A DNA stretch of 57,628 nt, from positions 62,001-119,628 of the forward strand of contig CAUYUJ010000009.1 of NCBI GenBank assembly GCA_963575745.1. Direction: 5' to 3'. The DNA comes from Prorocentrum cordatum (lineage: Eukaryota). Position numbers and translations under genes: made by a program. Of this stretch, positions 52,901 to 57,628 are shown in pieces (the stretch's first letter is position 1; each line of letters opens with the position of its first letter). Under the pieces are notes generated by a model. That model saw nothing but the letters and a program-made list of their open reading frames with translations. It ran no database searches and was not told where the DNA came from.

Positions 52901-53619
52901 CTCCTCCTCGTTCCTCCTCGTTCCTCCTCCTCCTCCTCCTCCTCCTCCTCCTCCTCCTCCTCCTCCTCCTCCTCCTCCTCCTCCTCCTCCTCCTCCATTC
53001 CTTTTACTTATACGTAACCCCTCTCTGTCGCACCCCGAAGCGTGTCGGTAGGGCGGGCCGGGCCTTTCGCCCGAGACTCCCTCACCATCTGTGATCCCTA
53101 AGCTGAACGTCTGCAAGAGCTTCACGGATGGAGGGCGGGCCGTTTTCAAAAAGTGGCTCTCGTCTTAGCGCCGCGCACATTCGTCTTAAAGCTTGCAAGA
53201 ACATGCTGCACGGATGGCAGGCCGTTTTTATCAAAACGTGGCTCTCTCCTCGCCGGGAAATGCAAGAGTTTCACGGATTGAGGGCGGGTCGTTTTCAAAA
53301 TGTGGCTCTCGCCTTAGCGCCGCGCACATTCACTTTAAAAGCTTGCGGCAGTTTCGCGCATGGAGTGCGGCTCATGTTCAAAATGTTGCTCTCGCCTTAG
53401 CGCCGCGTACATTCGTGTTAAACATGTGCAAGAGCTTCACGGATGGAGAGCGGCTCCTGTTCAAAACGTGGCTCTCGCCCTGGCGCCGCGAACCTTTGCT
53501 TTTCCCAACCATCCTGTGGTGTTGGGTCCTCGTTTTGAAGAGACGTCGCCCCGCGTTCTCCTCCTCCTCGCCTCTCCTCTCCTCCTCCCTCCTCCTCCCT
53601 CCTCCCCCTCTTCCCTGCG

Positions 53620-54952
53620 TTTCACCCACCGAGTGCAGCGTTTCGTAGCCCCATAGGGAGCTCCACCGAAGGCCCCAGTGCCACCGTCCACATGCGTCCC
53701 CCCCACTCAGTACAGCGTTTCGTGGCCCCATAGGGAGCTCCACCGAAGGTCCCAGTGCCACCGTCCACATGCGTCCCCCCCACTCAGTACAGCGTTTCGT
53801 GGCCCCATAGGGAGCTCCACCGAAGGCCCCAGTGCCACCGTCCACATGCGTCCCCCCCACTCAGTACAGCGTTTCGTGGCCCCATAGGGAGCTCCACCGA
53901 AGGCCCCAGTGCCACCGTCCATATGCGCCCCCCCCCACTCAGTACAGCGTTTCGTGGCCCCATAGGGAGCTCCACCGAAGGCCCCAGTGCCACCGTCCAC
54001 ATGCGTCCCCCCCACTCAGTACAACGCTTCGTGGCCCCATAGGGAGCTCCACCGAAGGCCCCACTGCCACCGTCCACATGCGTCCCCCACTCAGTACAGC
54101 GTTTCGTTGGTCCCCATAGGGGAGCTCCAACGAAGGCCTAGTGGGGGTGCCCTAGTGCCCCCGTCCACATGCGTTCCCCACCACTCAGTACAGCGCTTCG
54201 TGGCCCCATAGGGAGCTCCACCGAAGCCCCCAGTGGGACCGTCCGAGTGCGTCCTGAAACATCCACTTTGGCATTTTCAGCCACCCATTACAGCGATTCG
54301 TGGCCCCACAGGGAGCTCCACCGAAGGCCCCAGTGCCACCGTCCGCATGCGTCCCGCACACACACACACACACAATGTGGCATTTTCACCCACCCAGTGC
54401 AGCGTTTCGTGGCCTCACAGGGAGCTCCGCCGAAGGCCCCAGTGGGACCGTCCGCAAGCGTCCCGAAACACCCAGTGTGGCATTTTCACCCACCCAGTCC
54501 AAAATTTCGTTGCCCCGTAGGGAACTCCACCGAAGGCCCCAGTGTCACCGTCCGCATGCGTCCCGAAAACCCCACGTTGCATTTTTACCCCCCCCCAATA
54601 CAGCGTTTCGTGGCCCCTTAGTGAGCTCCACCGAAGCCCCCGGTGGGACCGTACGCATGCGTCCCGAACCCAATTTGGCATTTTCACCCACCCAGTACAG
54701 CGCTTCGTGGCCCCATAGGGAGTTCCACCGAAGCCTCCAGTGGGACCGTCCGCATGCGTCCCGGCAGCCCAAGTTGGCATTTTCACTTACCCAGTACAGC
54801 GCTTCGTGGCCCCATAGGGAGCTCCACCGAAGCCCCCAGTGGGACCGTCCGCATGCGTCACGAAAACCTTACTTGACACACCACTCACCCAGAACAGCGT
54901 TCCCCCCCACCCAGTGCAGAGCTTCGTGGTACCATAGGGAGTTTCACCGAAG
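53620..54952 (-). repeat. Minisatellite of the same family as 23225-24235, inverted; the unit lengthens from ~77 to ~100+ bp distally
   Basis: cagtacagcgtttcgtggccccatagggagctccaccgaaggccccagtgccaccgtccacatgcgtcccccc. Distal units gain a ...tggcattttcacccacc segment. Confidence 0.9.
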
Positions 54953-55409
54953 AAGATGTTCAGAATTGCGGTACCCACAACTGCATATGGTTGGGTCCTT
55001 CGCCAGGATAATGTTTCAATTCGCAAGCGTCGTACTGATTATCATGGTTAACGTACTGGACATGGTGTTTTGGCACGATGTCGGACTGCCAGGGCGCAAC
55101 CGCTACCTTAACTCGCGGTGCTGAAGTCCCAAGAGTAATGCCTGGCACGGCGCAGGACCATCAAGACGCAACAATCACGGTGAGTCGCGGCGCCAAGGTC
55201 CCAGGAATAGTCTTCTGGCACAGTTCCCGATGTTCAAGCGTGCATCTGCCAGCGGGGCACTTCCCGCAGTGAGAATGAGTCATTGCAGGGGCCTATGGAG
55301 AGGGAACTTGGAGGGAGGTTTTGGGTTCCACCTCCCTCTCCCCCTCCTCCTCCTCATCCTGCTCCCCCTCCTCCTCCACCTCCTCCTCCTCCTCCTCCTC
55401 CTCCTCCTC

Positions 55410-55549
55410 CTCATCATCATCATCATCATCATCAACATCATCATCATCATCATCATCATCATCAGCATCATCATCATTATCTATCTTCATATCATATTCA
55501 TCATCATCATCATCAGCATCAGCATCATCATCATCATCATCATCATCAG

Positions 55550-55591
<42 letters not shown>

Positions 55592-55837
55592 CATCTGCCT
55601 CCTCCGCCTACTCCATTTTCTCCTCCTCCTCCTCTTCCTCCCCCACCTCATTCGTCATCATCTTCAACATCATAATCATCAGAATCACCCGAATCATCAA
55701 AATCGTCAGCATCATCATCATCGTCGTCATCATCATCAGCCTCATCATCATAAACAACAACAGCAACAACATCATCATCATCACGTCATCATCGCCATCA
55801 TCATCAGCAGCAGCATCATCATCAGCATCATGATCAT

Positions 55838-55890
<53 letters not shown>

Positions 55891-55894
55891 GTTG

Positions 55895-55932
<38 letters not shown>

Positions 55933-56777
55933 CCAACAACACCATCATCACGATCATCATCAGCATCATCACCATCATCATCATCACCACCAGCAGCAGC
56001 CTCAGCATAAGCATCAGCATCAGCATCATCATCATCATGATCATCAACATCATCATCAGCAGCATCATCATAATAATCATCATCATCAGCAGCAGCATCA
56101 TCATCATCATCACAATCACATTCATCATGGACAACATCATCATCATCAGCATCAGCATTATCGTCATCATCATCATCAGCATCATCATCACACGCATCAT
56201 CATACCATCATCATAATCAGCATCATCATGGTCGTCAGCATCATCATCAGCAGCATCGTCGTCATCATCATCATTCAGATCATCATCGGCATCATCATCA
56301 TCATCATCGTCAGCAACAGCACGATCATCATCATCCTCATGAACAGCAGCATCATCGTCATCAGAATGATCATCATCATCTTCATCATCATGATCGCAGT
56401 CATCAGCAGCATCATCAATAGCATTACCATCATCATCACCAGCATATGCATCATGGTGATCACCACCATCATCATCATCATCATCATCATCATCACTATC
56501 GTCATCAACAGCAACAACATCCTCGTCGTCAGCATCATCATACTCCTCATCATCATCATCGGTATCGCCATCATTATCATCGTTGCCGTCGTTAGCATCA
56601 TCAACATTATCGTCAGGAGCAGAATCGTCATCGACATCACCAGCATCAGCATCGGTGTCGTCGTATCATCATCATCACATCCATCATCATCTTTATCCTC
56701 ATCATCAGTATCATCATCATTATCATCAGCATCATCATAAACATCATCATCAGCAGCAGCATCGGCATCATGATCCT

Positions 56778-56818
<41 letters not shown>

Positions 56819-57316
56819 GCGTCATCATCAGCATCATCAGCATCATCGTCGTCATCATCAACATCGTCGTCACGAGCATCATCATCATGAACATCATCAG
56901 CAGCAGCAGCATCATCAGAATCATGATCATGATCATCAGCAGCATCATCATCATCAGCAGCGTCATCATCGTCTTCGTCAGGATCATCATCATCACAAGC
57001 AGCAGCATCAGCATCAGCATCAGCATCAGCATCAGCATCAGCAACATGAACATCACCATCATCATCATCATCGTCATCATCATTATCAGCATCATCATCT
57101 TGATGATCAGTTTCTTCATTAGCATCATCATGATCGCCATCGTCGTCAGCATCATCATCAGCAGCATCATCAGCATTAGCATCGGCGACGCAGCATCAAA
57201 ATCATCATCAGCAGCAGCAGCATCACCACCACCACCACCATCATCAGCACCATCACCATCATCACCACCACCACCACCATCATCATCATCAACATCATCA
57301 TCATCTTCATCATCAT
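55410..57316. repeat. ~1.9-kb degenerate (CAT)n tract
   Basis: Directly visible; smaller tracts at 15690-15965, 39575-39810, 44030-44422 and 45718-45848. Confidence 0.98.
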
Positions 57317-57628
57317 GGCGTCGAGGTCTGGTCCTCGAGACTGTGCGGCTGCCGAGGAAGAGGAGGAGCTACCGAGGAGAAGGAGGGTTAAGAGGCAACT
57401 TCTGGGAGGTGTTCGTGAGGACGATTCAGAGCTGGTAAGCCAAGCCGGATTAGCCCAAAATGCATACGGGATTGCAGCTGGATGAAGGCAGATCACTGGG
57501 ACAAAGCGGAAGTAGCTGGGATTATGCCAGATGTGGCCAGTTTTCGACCACGGAAATATCAGCGCCGATGCTAAATCCGCCAACCCCTTGGGGTCACGGC
57601 GTGTGAGATGCATGCTTCCCCCTCCCCA

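Overview
Eukaryotic, GC-rich, repeat-saturated DNA, almost certainly a dinoflagellate nuclear genome. The evidence is two clear relics of the dinoflagellate spliced leader (DinoSL, DCCGTAGCCATTTTGGCTCAAG) directly upstream of the only two convincing genes. Gene 1 is an intact, intronless alpha-tubulin retrocopy (-, 26567-27928) with an SL relic and a poly(A) remnant. Gene 2 is a multi-TM plus PAS-like protein retrocopy (-, 37723-35470) with an SL relic, a poly(A) remnant and a 19-bp target-site duplication. It is interrupted by a 171-bp TIR element whose 7-bp TSD creates a perfect in-frame GT-AG intron (Introner-type intron gain in a retrogene). The rest is a dead non-LTR retrotransposon 3' fragment (zf-RVT-like, RNase H, C-terminal Cys/His motifs), many MITE families (some nested three deep), a (CAA)n-flanked ~0.8-kb element family, long microsatellites, and five minisatellite-carrying composite elements ending in a shared covarying stem-loop. 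Most entries in the ORF track are artefacts of simple repeats. All calls are by-eye, with no database searches.
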